Shown: piece after piece, positions 53,175 to 64,000 of the stretch
Numbering within the stretch: the first letter of the stretch is position 1
Layout of the letters: each line of letters begins with the position of its first letter
Assembly: GCA_030141605.1 (NCBI GenBank)
Contig: JAQGDQ010000248.1
Coordinates: forward strand, 267,887-331,886
Length of the DNA stretch: 64,000 bases
Source: Tubiluchus corallicola
Taxonomy: Eukaryota; Animalia; Priapulida
Direction: 5' to 3'
The notes under the pieces: generated by a model
The model's database searches: none
What the model saw: the letters and a program-made list of their open reading frames with translations, nothing else
Told to the model about the DNA's origin: nothing
Translations under genes and position numbers: made by a program

Positions 53175-53379
53175 CGAAGGAGTTTACAATTCCCTACACC
53201 ATTTATATACCTTAACCCTAACATTAGTCCTAACCCTAACCCAACCACAACCCTAATCCAATCCGTAACCCTAGCTCTAATCCAAACACAAACCCTAACC
53301 CTAATCCTAATCCTAACATTAATCTTAATCCGCTTAACGAACTGATTTTTTGCGCGTGGGGCATTATAAACTTTACCCG
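53175..53379. mobile_element. Small TIR element with internal degenerate (CCCTAA)n
   Basis: Inverted ends AGTTTACAATTCCCTACAC / GCGTGGGGCATTATAAACT; flanking duplication TAATTTT; second copy at about 27350-27495. Confidence 0.7.
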
Positions 53380-53723
53380 TAATTTTTAATCTGTTTTATC
53401 AATAACTTTTATGTGTGCGTTGGTAAATATCTGTAATTTGGTACAATTTGTACTGATTTAAAATAAAAATACATAAATAATAAACAACTTGTCAGTCATA
53501 TTTATTATTATTTTTTATACAAATTGCTCCAATGAAGGTCAATGACTGGAGGTATGGGGTTACAATAGAAAAGTGAATATGTGAATGCACATGTCCAGAG
53601 AAATAAAATTTGCCTAACTGATTTGTTAATGATGCATGTATAAGCTATCTGTTTCTGTTCTAAGCTGGATTTATAAGCAATTGTCCAGGGTAAGAACGAT
53701 GTCTTCATCCCATCTCCGCTTTA

Positions 53724-54312
53724 TTAAAGGAAAACCGAACCCAATCTTAAACTAAAGCTCAGAACAATCTATTTTGTCTATCCTATAAGAATATAATAGT
53801 GAAAAGGAACATACTATTTTTTCAAGAATGACTTGCGTGGAAGAATTATTACAACAGAATGATAATTTCGCATTCGCGCAGCTAGTGCTTCACTGTTATA
53901 TGTATTTCGCTCTGTCTAGTTAGATAGGCACCAGCGCCTTGGAATGCGTTGCACAAAAAACAGAGGCTGTACCTCTCAGTTCAGAGTTGTTCACTTGTAA
54001 CGTAGTGCACAATTTCGAGAGCTCATTCGTGAGCACAGCGGTAAATTTGAAATTTGAATTTTAAACTAAAATTTTGCCGAGTTTGTCACACTCAATGTTG
54101 CACAGTAGCACTGTACTTGAGTTTTCGCTTTGTGGAATGCAACACGCTCGTGGAATGTTTGTGCTGTTGGAAATTACGTTCAGTTGTGATGTCACCACTA
54201 GTTGGGCTCGCCTGCGATTGATTAAGGTTTTAGACATTATTTAATTACCAGAAACGTTTTGGCATTATTATAGCTCTTAAAATGTATACTTGTTACTGTA
54301 CTTCAAAATGCA
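53724..54312 (-). mobile_element. Family A element
   Basis: TTAAAGGAAAACCGAACCCAATC start; collinear with the 57247-57860 copy. Confidence 0.75.
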
Positions 54313-57246
54313 GGAAATCAGTAAGTAGAGTAAGGTAAAATGAGCATTTAAGCCTTTAATTTACACTTTACACTATAATGATGGCGTCATAACTTCAGCC
54401 AAAGCAAACTTGTGATTACCTATTATAGGGGCCATATTTGAGTGAAAATGGTTTCAGCGAATGTGAAGCCTCCTCGCATCATTAGTTACTCGATTTATTG
54501 CGAAAGAAGGCGAAATATTAATGCTGTGTGGTAATGCTTTTTTCTTCAATGGTAAATTGGTAATTCGCATGCACTTAAAGCTTATCAACACGCAATTCAC
54601 GCTTTTCACTTAATGGACATAAATCCAGCTCAGCACAATATGACTACCGCTACATGGCTGCAGGCACACTCTGACGAGGAGTTGTAGAGAACAGATTAGT
54701 AGATTAGTCTTCTAGTCAAATTTGTCTGAGGGCCCGAGAAGCCACGAACAAAACGAACATTGTTCATTTATGCAGCAACTAGAAAATTAGGAAAATTAGG
54801 TTAATATAGTGAGTATAGAAACCGTATAGTGTATGTAGCTGCGCATGGCAAAGCCACGCTTTTACACGGCTCACTGTTTCGTGGGAGTGAAAACCATATT
54901 TTGAAATGCCCTTAGGTTGCCTTACATATGGGAGGGGGGGGGCAGAACTACAATTCCATATAATTTTGTATTGTCGCACTTCGAGAGGACCAAATATCTA
55001 CTTGGCTTCATATTGCTGTACTATAGAATGAGGATAACATTGGCATTGCTACGTGGCTGCTTAACCCTAGTCAAGACTGCATTTCTAAGTCGATTCAAGT
55101 TGCAATACAAGAACATGGCTGGATACTGAAAAATGATTCATTGTACCCATGACTTAAAAATACAGAATACACTCGATGGCTTTCCTGCACGTACAGAGCT
55201 CTGTGTATCCTGAAGTAACCTGGAATGGACGATAGAGGCCAAATAGCGAGATCAAAGCCGACTATGGTTGCAGAGGCCACTGCACATCTTTAGGATTATC
55301 ATTTTAACATTGACATTATGTCGTACTGTTATTTATCTGCTACCACTTTAATAAGATCTTACCTAATTTATCCGTAACCACTATTAATAGCGGTTGTTCT
55401 ATAATTGTGCTGCATTTATGTTTAAATAATAGACTTTGTTGGCAACAGATGCGCTAATTAACATAATTTATCCTTTCGTGCCAGCTACCGTATTTACGAT
55501 AAGGGCAAATCGGCATTATTATTATTATCATTATCATAGAGCTTCGTAATTTGTGCCCAAAATTTAGTTCAATTATTTCATATACAATAGCAGTGTGTAT
55601 TTATACTAATGTTATGTAACTATGGTTATGAAGCATTCTGTCATGTATAATGGTGCTGTAATGTGAAATAATTTACCCAGTAAAATAAAGCAAACCGGTA
55701 ATATAAATAAATTTAAGAAACTTCAAAAAAAATATTTGCTAGAAAATGTGTGATGTGATAAATGATGTAACATGCAAATTTTTTACCATAATTGTACAAT
55801 TTTATCATGCTAATCAACTTTTCATCTTTTTACCTGCACTTTTAATTTATTTGCACAGATATATATATATACAAACCCTGTAAGCAGAAATTCGATACTC
55901 GGATATTAAACGTGAATAGTTTGTGGCGGGTCGGAATCTACTTCGCTATTAAATAATGTGAGTACATTCTCCCTGAACGAAGAAACAGCCGTAATCAGCA
56001 CGGCGAATGAAAACACCCAAGCAAGTATGAACCTCGCGGTCATCCATCCATTCACTATGACAACTCAGCTATTTCTCGTCGCCCATAACATTATTTTTAG
56101 TCAGACAGCTACAGTAAATTGCACACAAACACACTTAAAAATGTCTTGTCTAACGAGCCTAGACGATCGTAGTGCAGACGTTTTACTGCTTCTACGTGAT
56201 TGTGAGTATTGTAATTATTGCTTTTCTTTGCGCAAAGCTCATAAAGTCGAATATTTCGCGAAAAACACGTACATGCACGCTGCTCAATCGTAATTTATAT
56301 AACCATAAGCTAATTTCATGTTACAAATTTATATTAAAACGCGACATTATTAAAAGTGGAAATTAATTGTAACAATAACAGCGACAGAATAAAGCAGCTC
56401 TATGGGTGCGCTGTTTCCAAATCTGTGCATAGCTTGTGGAGTTTCTTTTGAATTTCGTAATGAATTCTAGTAACCATAACAACGCACATTGATTCACATT
56501 AAATCTAACCGCTAATCGCATCCCAAAGCTTTGGCAGTTGCAACGCTGCCACTTGTTTGCTATGCCATAAGCTTTAGCGCATCACTGCCAGAATTCACTG
56601 CGAGTATAGTTTGGCGTTGATGCGAAATGGTTTTGGTAGTAAAGCAAAAATCGGAAAGCACAATTGCAAAATTTCACAATGTCCACTTCTGTCGTCACGG
56701 CCTCAGTACTGTGGACTACTTGCTCTGCCGAAAGGTCAAAAAATCGACATATTTGGGCGTTGCTGGCGCACACCTGTTCCAGACACAACAAGTTATAAAT
56801 TCATCAAACCGTCCGATGAAATATTTATTTCGGCTGCATCCTAAAATGCAAAATCTGTTTTCTTAGCTATTTTTTCAGGATCAAAATGATTTGTCTGGAA
56901 TACATATGCTGTGTTTGAGATAATTGCAATTAAATGTATTTTATGATCTCATATAATTTACAGTGCACATTTTGCCGTCAAAGGCAATCAAAGTCAAAGA
57001 GTGTATAGATAAGCAATGAAGGTTTGAATGAAATTAATTTGTTTACGCCACATGGCTTCAACCATATATGCTGAAAATCACAAAGAAGGGTGATTATGGT
57101 TGTGCAGGTTTAATATAGAAAGGATAGAAGGAAGGATTACAACGCTCTCATATGAATATGCTCAGGATAGCTTGTTGCAGGATAATGCTTCTTCCATACG
57201 TTGAAACACAACACTCGGTCAAAAGATCTTTCTGTTTCTTCTCTTA

Positions 57247-57860
57247 TTAAAGGAAAACTGAACCCAGTCTTAAACTATAGCTCAAAACAAGCTACCCTAT
57301 AAAATATTGAAAGGGAACTTACTATTTTTTTCAAGAATGACTTACATGGAATAATTATTACCAAATAAACATGAGTTAGCGTTCGCGCCATTGTTATATG
57401 TGTTTCGTCATTCGCCAGTTAGACAGCACTAGCGCATGCGCCTAGGAAACGCGTTGCACAAAAACAGACGCTGTACCCCTTGGTGCAGATGTGTTCGTTT
57501 GTGATGTCCTGCACACGTTCGACAGCTCGTGCGTGAGTACAGCGGTAAATTTGAAATTTGAATTTTATCTTAAAACTTACCGAGCTTTCGTACAACACAC
57601 TGAATCTCTTGCAGCAGTGTTATACTTTAATTTTCGCTTTCTCAAACACGTGCAATACGCTCATGGAATGTTTTTGATGTTGAAAATCATTTTCGTTTGC
57701 AATGGCATCAATAGTTGGCTTCGCCCGCCCCTAATTAGGATTTTAATCTGTTATTTGATTATCAGAAACGCTTTGGTATTATTGTAGGTGTTAAAATGTG
57801 TACTTTTTACCGTACTTGAAACTGGGGTAGTATGTGGAAAATCATCCTGTCTTCCTTTAA
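57247..57860 (-). mobile_element. Kolobok-like non-autonomous DNA transposon, family A (best full-length copy)
   Basis: TTAA on both sides, termini AGGAAAACTG...CTGTCTTCCT (short TIR), and internal sequence shared with about 9 other copies. TTAA TSD with AG...CT ends is characteristic of Kolobok. The strand label is relative only. Confidence 0.75.
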
Positions 57861-57994
57861 CGCAAAAATTTAATGGTAATTTCGCGTTTGCGCGGTCAGT
57901 TCCTCGCTGTTGCATGTGTTTCGCCATTTGCTAGTTAGATGAGCATTAGCGCCTGTGTCTCGCAAACTTATTGCACAAAAACCAGAAACAGTAC

Positions 57995-58131
<137 letters not shown>

Positions 58132-58438
58132 TCGTCTGTAGCACAACATTCGTTTGATTCGTTTGCCAATAGAGTTATCAAGTATTGGAATTTTCTTTCT
58201 GAACATGCAAATGGGTCTCCACTGGCAGGTCCCGCCTGTGGTAAATTATTTAGTCAAAGATTAATGAAAATTGACTTTTCAAAATATTTGTATTTCTGCA
58301 GGCATATGTAAGTAGTAATTTTACTCTTTGTGTCTCTCCCGTATTCATTTTAATCAGTCTTGTTTATTATTGAACATATTTTATTGTGTTATGCATTTAA
58401 ATTTTATTGTATGTACGGATGCTTTAATAAATAAATAA
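58132..58438 (+). mobile_element. CR1-like LINE 3' end
   Basis: Translates FANRVIKYWNFLSEH...FSQRLMKIDFSKYL (CR1 ORF2 C-terminus pattern), then a 3'UTR ending AATAAATAAATAAA. Confidence 0.7.
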
Positions 58439-61127
58439 AGGTACAGCACCTCTCACTTCAGAGGTGTTCAGTTGTGACGCAGTGCACATGTTCGATAGCT
58501 CATGCGTGAACACAGTGGGAAACATGAAATTTGACGAGTTTCTGTATGTCAAACTAAATGTTGTACTGTAGCGCTGTACTTTAATTTTCGACTTGACAAA
58601 CATGTGCAATACGCTCATGGAATGTTTGTGCTGTTGAAAATTATGTTCAGTTGTAATGTTATTACTAGTTAGGCTCGCCTGCCGTTAATTAATGTTTTAA
58701 CCTATTACTTAATTACCAGAAGCGCTTCGTCATTATTATAGCCCTTAAAAAATATTTTTTTTACCGTACTTCAAACTTTGTGCTAAGATATGAAAAATTA
58801 TCCTGTTTTTCTAGTTACGAATCAAGGTTCTCGAACACAGTGCGAATGATTCAAGAAATTTCGTATGACTTGTATGGAAAGCACTAAAAATGCTAATGAT
58901 TATAAACATTGCTTCAGTCTTTCAGGCTTAATAATGCAGATGTATTCAGATGGTAAGTTCGGGCTGCATGGGTCGCAATCATATTATGGTAATTTTTTCT
59001 ACGCACCATTCTCGTACGCCTTTATGTAAGTAGTGGATGATTAACTGTTTGGTTGAATACCTAGAAAGCTGAAAGGCACGGTGAAAAAAGACTAGTTTGA
59101 CTGAACTATATGTGTGAGTGTTTTGAATAATATTTCAGTGCGTTATTTCTTGTGCATGTATATCTTTTCCGTAACTGAAATGTACTATAAATACTGAATA
59201 AAACGTTGAATGGCCCTTTACAATAATCTCACAATAGATTATTTATTTATTTTAGGAGTAATACAATTGATCTTGCCAGAATGAGTTTAATGAAAGGACG
59301 TAGAATGAATTAATTGACGTACCTGAACGGACTTGTGCTACTAACCCGAGTTAGTTTGTAGTTTTGAAATTTGTAAACGCTGAGCAAATATAAGTGCTTG
59401 TGGTGTATTGCTGTGAGATGTACATGAAACGAAATTGTTTGTGGTGGGTTACACTAAGAAAATTACACTTGAACTTACAATTTTAATACTATAAAAAATC
59501 AATTAAAATTGCAAAGGAGGAAAAGAGGATAAAGTAAAAATTATAATACAAAGTTTGAGTTAAAATGTTAAAAGAACCTCTCTCATATTTTGTATAGGTA
59601 CTAAAAATACGATTCTGTTTTTAAGTTGTACGTTGCTGTGAATGAAATATCATTAGCAATCGCTAGTTGTAAGATGAGCATTTATTTTTGACACTGAAGA
59701 GAATGAAAACTTATTTTCGCTCAATAACGCGCTATGTGAAATTTAATCACGTGACATCCAAGCACAAAGAACCAGATAATTTTATTTTGTTTTGTCGATT
59801 TACATTCTGAGGAAATTCTATAAAACACTAATTCTATAAAACACAAACGGTCTGAAATTGTCTCACATAACTTTATGGTATTACGATACTACGATATTAG
59901 GATACGACATTGCGATACGATATTACGATACTTTTTGATACCAATAGTACGTATTGCAAAGATATACTATATTTATCGACTGAAATAAGGGTATGATGAG
60001 CATCCGACCAGGACAAAGTCGAGGGGATCTTTACTAAAGACCTTTACTATAAGATCTTTACTTATACGAAGTTCGCATAACCGGTTAGTCACGTTATTCC
60101 AGCTTCCAGGGTGATCGTCAAACGTTGGAATCCGACAGCTTCCGACTGCAGTCACTACAACTGATAAGTATACTTACCTTACATCCTTCTCCCTCACCTG
60201 GGTTGGGGCTAACTAGTCTGCTGATTATCGTAAGTTATCTAGAAACGTCGTTTATAATTATAACAAGTTTGTTATTGTTTTGATTTAAAGTGAATTGTTT
60301 TTACTTCTTGTTATCTCATTAAACCCAGAATTTATCGGTAATATTAAAAACAGTTTTGTTTGGTTCTATTCTGTATACATGTCTGTGAACTATGCTTAAA
60401 TGGAAAGATTCACTGAACCCACGTGTCAGCACATATCGGTAATTAGTAGCAAAAAGTGTTTGTGGTGTCGTAACGAAAGCGTCCTATATCACAGGTGGTA
60501 CACCACATATCACACCCATCTTAGGATCCCGGGTAGTTAGCAGTTAATGCACAAGTCTAGGCAAGTTTTACACGGGCAAGATGTTTCATTTTTCTTGTGG
60601 AACATGATGATTAATCTGCGTAACACATAACTATGTCAAGGAACATTATCGAACATAATAATACAAGACGAAATTTGCCTAAATCCTACGCGTGCCTTGG
60701 CTATTTTATGCACGGTGTGCTCTTTTAGGATAAAGGATTCCAGTGGATGATAAATCTCACCACAATCAGCAACTCTCCACAAAGGGAGAAGGGCATTACG
60801 ATGACGCCAATCATATTTCCGTTTCTAATCCAGAATCTGAGGGTTTGCAGAAGAAGATTATTTCGGTTTTCCTTTGATGCAAAGAAGCAACATTATTATA
60901 ATGCGACCATTGTTTCCAGAACGAATTCAAGGAATTCTGCAAGTTATTATTCTACTGAGGAGAAAAACTAAACTGACTAATGAACGAATGAGCGTGTGCA
61001 TGAATAAACGAACGAGTAGACGGGAGAAATAAAATGAAATGAAGAAGAAACAAAAAGTGACAGCAAACGAAGGAAAAAGTTTGTAAACTAGGAAACGGTC
61101 AAGCAGACAAACAAACCGAGGAGCAAT

Positions 61128-61212
61128 TATATACGTGCGTACAAGTCGATGTGCATTTTAAGACCAAAAAATGCATCATTTTATATATTACCTGTGTACA
61201 AGTCGACCATAA
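61128..61212 (+). mobile_element. pogo/Tc2-like MITE terminal fragment
   Basis: Two copies of (T/C)GTACAAGTCGA about 59 bp apart, resembling pogo/Tc2 MITE subterminal CGTATAAGTCGA repeats. Confidence 0.35.
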
Positions 61213-61487
61213 AATATTAAGATCTTCCAGAGCAAATAATGTCATTAATGGCCGATTAATTAATCAATAGCCTACTGTGTTAGTGTGTAAGATACGTGCA
61301 AGTGCCTGGGCCGAGTATTTTATACCTAGCCGAATATATATTCATGTTGAGGGCCCTCAATGCAATCCATGATAATGCAGCCTGGCCTTTCATCGCGCAT
61401 AATTATTTGTAATGCCTTTAACTCTAGGATATCGCGGCCAGGATACGTAGTAACATTTCAGTCGCTGATTTCTCACTTATGAAATAC

Positions 61488-62458
61488 CAGGGAGGTATAA
61501 TGTCTCCTATTTTATTTAACTTGTATTTTCTTGACCAAGTCAGAGGCTTAACACTTCACAGTATGGTTGTCACATTGCTCATCCATATACGAAGCATCTG
61601 ATGTATGCAGACGATGTCTGCTTATTAGACACAACGACAATTGCACTGCAAAAACTCATTGATATATACGTTGATTATGCTAAACAGGATGACATTATTA
61701 TTAATGTCGAGGAGACTAAATTGGTCTCGATAAAGTCATCTGTTTTTAAAAATGTGGCAAACGGTTCCGTTAGTCTTGAAGGAACTATGATCAAGCCCTA
61801 CAAACATGAGAAATACTTAGGGCATATAATTTCTGATAATAATGCAGATGATCTTGACATTATCAGACAAAGAACAATTTATTATTCTAGGGCCAACCAT
61901 TTAATTAGACACTTGCTCACTTGCTGTCAAGAAGTATCTTTTTAATTCCTACTGCAGTAGTTTTTATTGTATGGCTACATGGCGCCATTACAATTTATAC
62001 AATCTGAGGAAATTAAAAGTTACCTATAACATCTCTATTAGAAAGCTTTTTAAATATCTTTATGACACTAATGCTAGAAGTATTACAACAAATCTCAATA
62101 TTAGATACTTCGAGGACTGTGTGTACTTAGTCTTTGTAACAGAGCTGCTATTAGTGAGAATGATATTTGTAAGCATTTAAGTGAATGTGATGCATTTTTA
62201 CTTCCTCCATTAGAAAGAAATGGATAGAACTTCTTTATTGTTTTCGGTAATGCCTTGCCGATGTAACTAATTGTTTTATAATTTATTCATTCATTTACTT
62301 TGTGTGTCACTAACTAAGTCATAATTGTAAATATTTATAACTGTTGTATGTAATATTTTGTCTTGAATGTATTTTTGTATATATGAACCTAGAGTTTCAT
62401 ACCAAATCACTTAAATCACGGTCATATCAAGACTTAAATCAAATCATATCAAATCAAC
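61488..62458 (+). mobile_element. Degraded LINE reverse transcriptase 3' fragment (clade uncertain, Proto2/RTEX-like)
   Basis: QGGIMSPILFNLY at about 61488, HLMYADDVCLL, KYLGHII..DDLDIIRQ..YSRANHLIR, with frameshifts; degenerate (AAATC)n tail at about 62410-62458. Confidence 0.85.
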
Positions 62459-62552
62459 TTTCTCTCTCTCTCTCTCTCTCTCTCGTTCGCTCTCTCTCTC
62501 TCTCTCTCTCCCTCCCTTCTTCCCCCCCTCTCTCTCTCTCCTCCATCCCTCC

Positions 62553-62639
<87 letters not shown>

Positions 62640-63034
62640 TTCTCTCTTGCTCTCTCTCTCGTTGTCTCTCTCTCCGCCTCTCTCTCTCTTTCTCTGTCTC
62701 TCTCTTTCTCTTTCTCTCTCCCTCTTGCTTTCTCTCGCTCGCCCTCTCCTGCTTGTCAGTCAGTTAGTCTGTCTGTTTGTCTGTCTATCTGTCTACCTAC
62801 TTACCTACTTACCCAATCACCCACCCAGACACCCAAGCCCATCCATCCATCCATCCATCCCTCCCTCCCTCCCTCCCTCCCTCCCGCCATCCATCCATCC
62901 ATCCAGTCCATCCGTCCATCCATCCATCCATCCATCCATCCCTCCCTCCCTCCCTCCCTCCCTCCCTCCCGCCATCCATCCATCCGTCCGTCCGTCCGTC
63001 CGTCCGTCCGTCCGTCCGTCCGTCCGTCCGTCCA
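62459..63034. repeat. Compound microsatellite (TC)n, then (TCTG), (CTAC), (CCAT), (CCCT), (CCGT)n
   Basis: Directly visible. Confidence 0.95.
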
Positions 63035-63275
63035 TAGTGAACTGGTTGCACGGGCTCGTTTTTGGGCAATTTATTTCAAATGTATTTTATTAATGGTTAT
63101 TATATGTGTTTGTTACCTTTGTCTTTTTATGTTTGTAAATGGTTTTTTATAGTTGTAAACTTTGCAAAGCATTTCAGTATTTCTAATATATGGTTTACAC
63201 TATGGTCTACATGTTTAGACAATTTAACACTTGCACTGTCGCCGTGCTGCTTTTCTTGTGAATTAACATTAATAT

Positions 63276-63394
63276 GCTTCGGCCAAATCACGTTGAAAAC
63301 ACCGGTTCTCGTCTGATCACCAAAGTTAAGCAACGTAGAGCCTGGTTAGTGCTTGGATGGGTGACTGCCAAGGAATACCAGGTGCTGAAGGCTT
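63276..63394 (+). rRNA. 5S rRNA-derived sequence (SINE head; probably not a functional 5S gene)
   Basis: Matches metazoan 5S (ATCACGTTGAAAACACCGGTTCTCGTCTGATCACC...AGTTAAGCAACG...TGGATGGGTGAC...GGAATACCAGGTGCTG), including boxes A and C. No oligo-T terminator follows. Confidence 0.5.
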
Positions 63395-63820
63395 GCAGGA
63401 TGCCCACACTGTATCTCGACACTAGGCGTAGGAGCTGCACAAGCAGCCAACGGCTAGAGAGCGGAGGAGGTCAACTGACCCAACGGCCATGTGTAGAGGA
63501 GTAAACCTTCCAAATCAGGAGTGGAGCCCCGAAAGCGGACCAGTGCAGCATGCTCACTGACTCCGGCAGCTCCTGCAGCCAACCTGGTGCCAAACGTATC
63601 GCTCCACTTTCCTTTGGACTACACCAGGGAGGAAGAGAGGGGGTTCCTGTTGTCTGGGCAACACAGGATCTCCATACACCTTGCCCAGGCGTGCGCCCTG
63701 GACACAGTTCAAGGATCGCACTGCTCAGCCACAGTCGACGCTGCAGCTCCATCAATGTGATCAATAACTGACTCTCTTGGCGCACACTCCATTGTCTTCC
63801 AAGACAGAAGGATGCCAACC
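63276..63820 (+). mobile_element. 5S rRNA-headed SINE (SINE3) with RTE-derived body and tail, full length
   Basis: 119-nt 5S-like head (63276-63394), then an RTE 5'UTR-like segment (GGCAGCTCCTGCAGCCAACCTGGTGCCAAACGT...CCCAGGCGTGCGCCCTGG). This is followed by a segment translating as SRIALLSHSRRC (RTE ORF C-terminal motif) and the tail CATTGTCTTCCAAGACAGAAGGATGCCAAC. Perfect 11-bp TSD AACATTAATAT at 63265-63275 and 63821-63831. Confidence 0.9.
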
Positions 63821-64000
63821 AACATTAATATTGTTGGGACATACATGTATTGCAAAACTGATGCTTATTTTTGTTTAGTGTACGGGTTACTTTTTTAAAT
63901 AGATTTCTTCCGATTGAAAAAAATGAATCAAAATTGATGTTCGCGCGCTAACGATTTGATAAAATGACGTCATTCGTGATGATAGCCATAGATTTCTCTT

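Noticed and set aside
53210-53330. Telomere or chromosome-fusion scar
   Set aside because: The repeats are degenerate, short and enclosed in a TIR element that occurs twice.
60170-60180. U1 snRNA start (ATACTTACCT)
   Set aside because: Downstream sequence does not follow U1; it is just the complement of a donor consensus.
60815-60955. BEL/Pao integrase-tail-like peptide on the minus strand (LNSFWKQWSH...SLHQR)
   Set aside because: The resemblance is too short and there are no flanking LTR or pol motifs.
63276-63394. Functional 5S rRNA gene (also 17170-17288)
   Set aside because: Dispersed, lacks an oligo-T terminator, is fused to the same retroposon body in both copies and is enclosed by a TSD.

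Overview
AT-rich, repeat-dense animal genomic DNA. The 5S-like sequence and the gene look lophotrochozoan-like, but that is inference. The only confidently identified host coding sequence is one large + strand exon (25203-26562) of a cyclic-nucleotide-gated (CNG) channel alpha-type subunit, covering the N-terminus, S1-S6 and the pore. A GTAAGT donor follows, and I could not find the C-linker/CNBD exons in the remaining 37 kb, which therefore appear to be intron. The rest is mostly mobile DNA. There are about 18 copies of two TTAA-flanked Kolobok-like non-autonomous families, several hAT-, Harbinger- and Tc1/mariner-type MITEs and remnants, several LINE 3' fragments, and many micro- and minisatellites. 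The most notable items are: (1) two copies of a composite SINE with a full 5S rRNA head and a bipartite RTE-derived body, one with a perfect 11-bp TSD; (2) a 399-bp near-perfect palindrome in the CNG intron; (3) an unusual TMIGD pore motif in the channel; (4) a 16 x 80-bp indel-free minisatellite; (5) a minisatellite arising inside a transposon copy; (6) a small TIR element carrying degenerate TTAGGG repeats. No CRISPR array or prokaryotic features were seen. All family assignments are by eye, without database searches.
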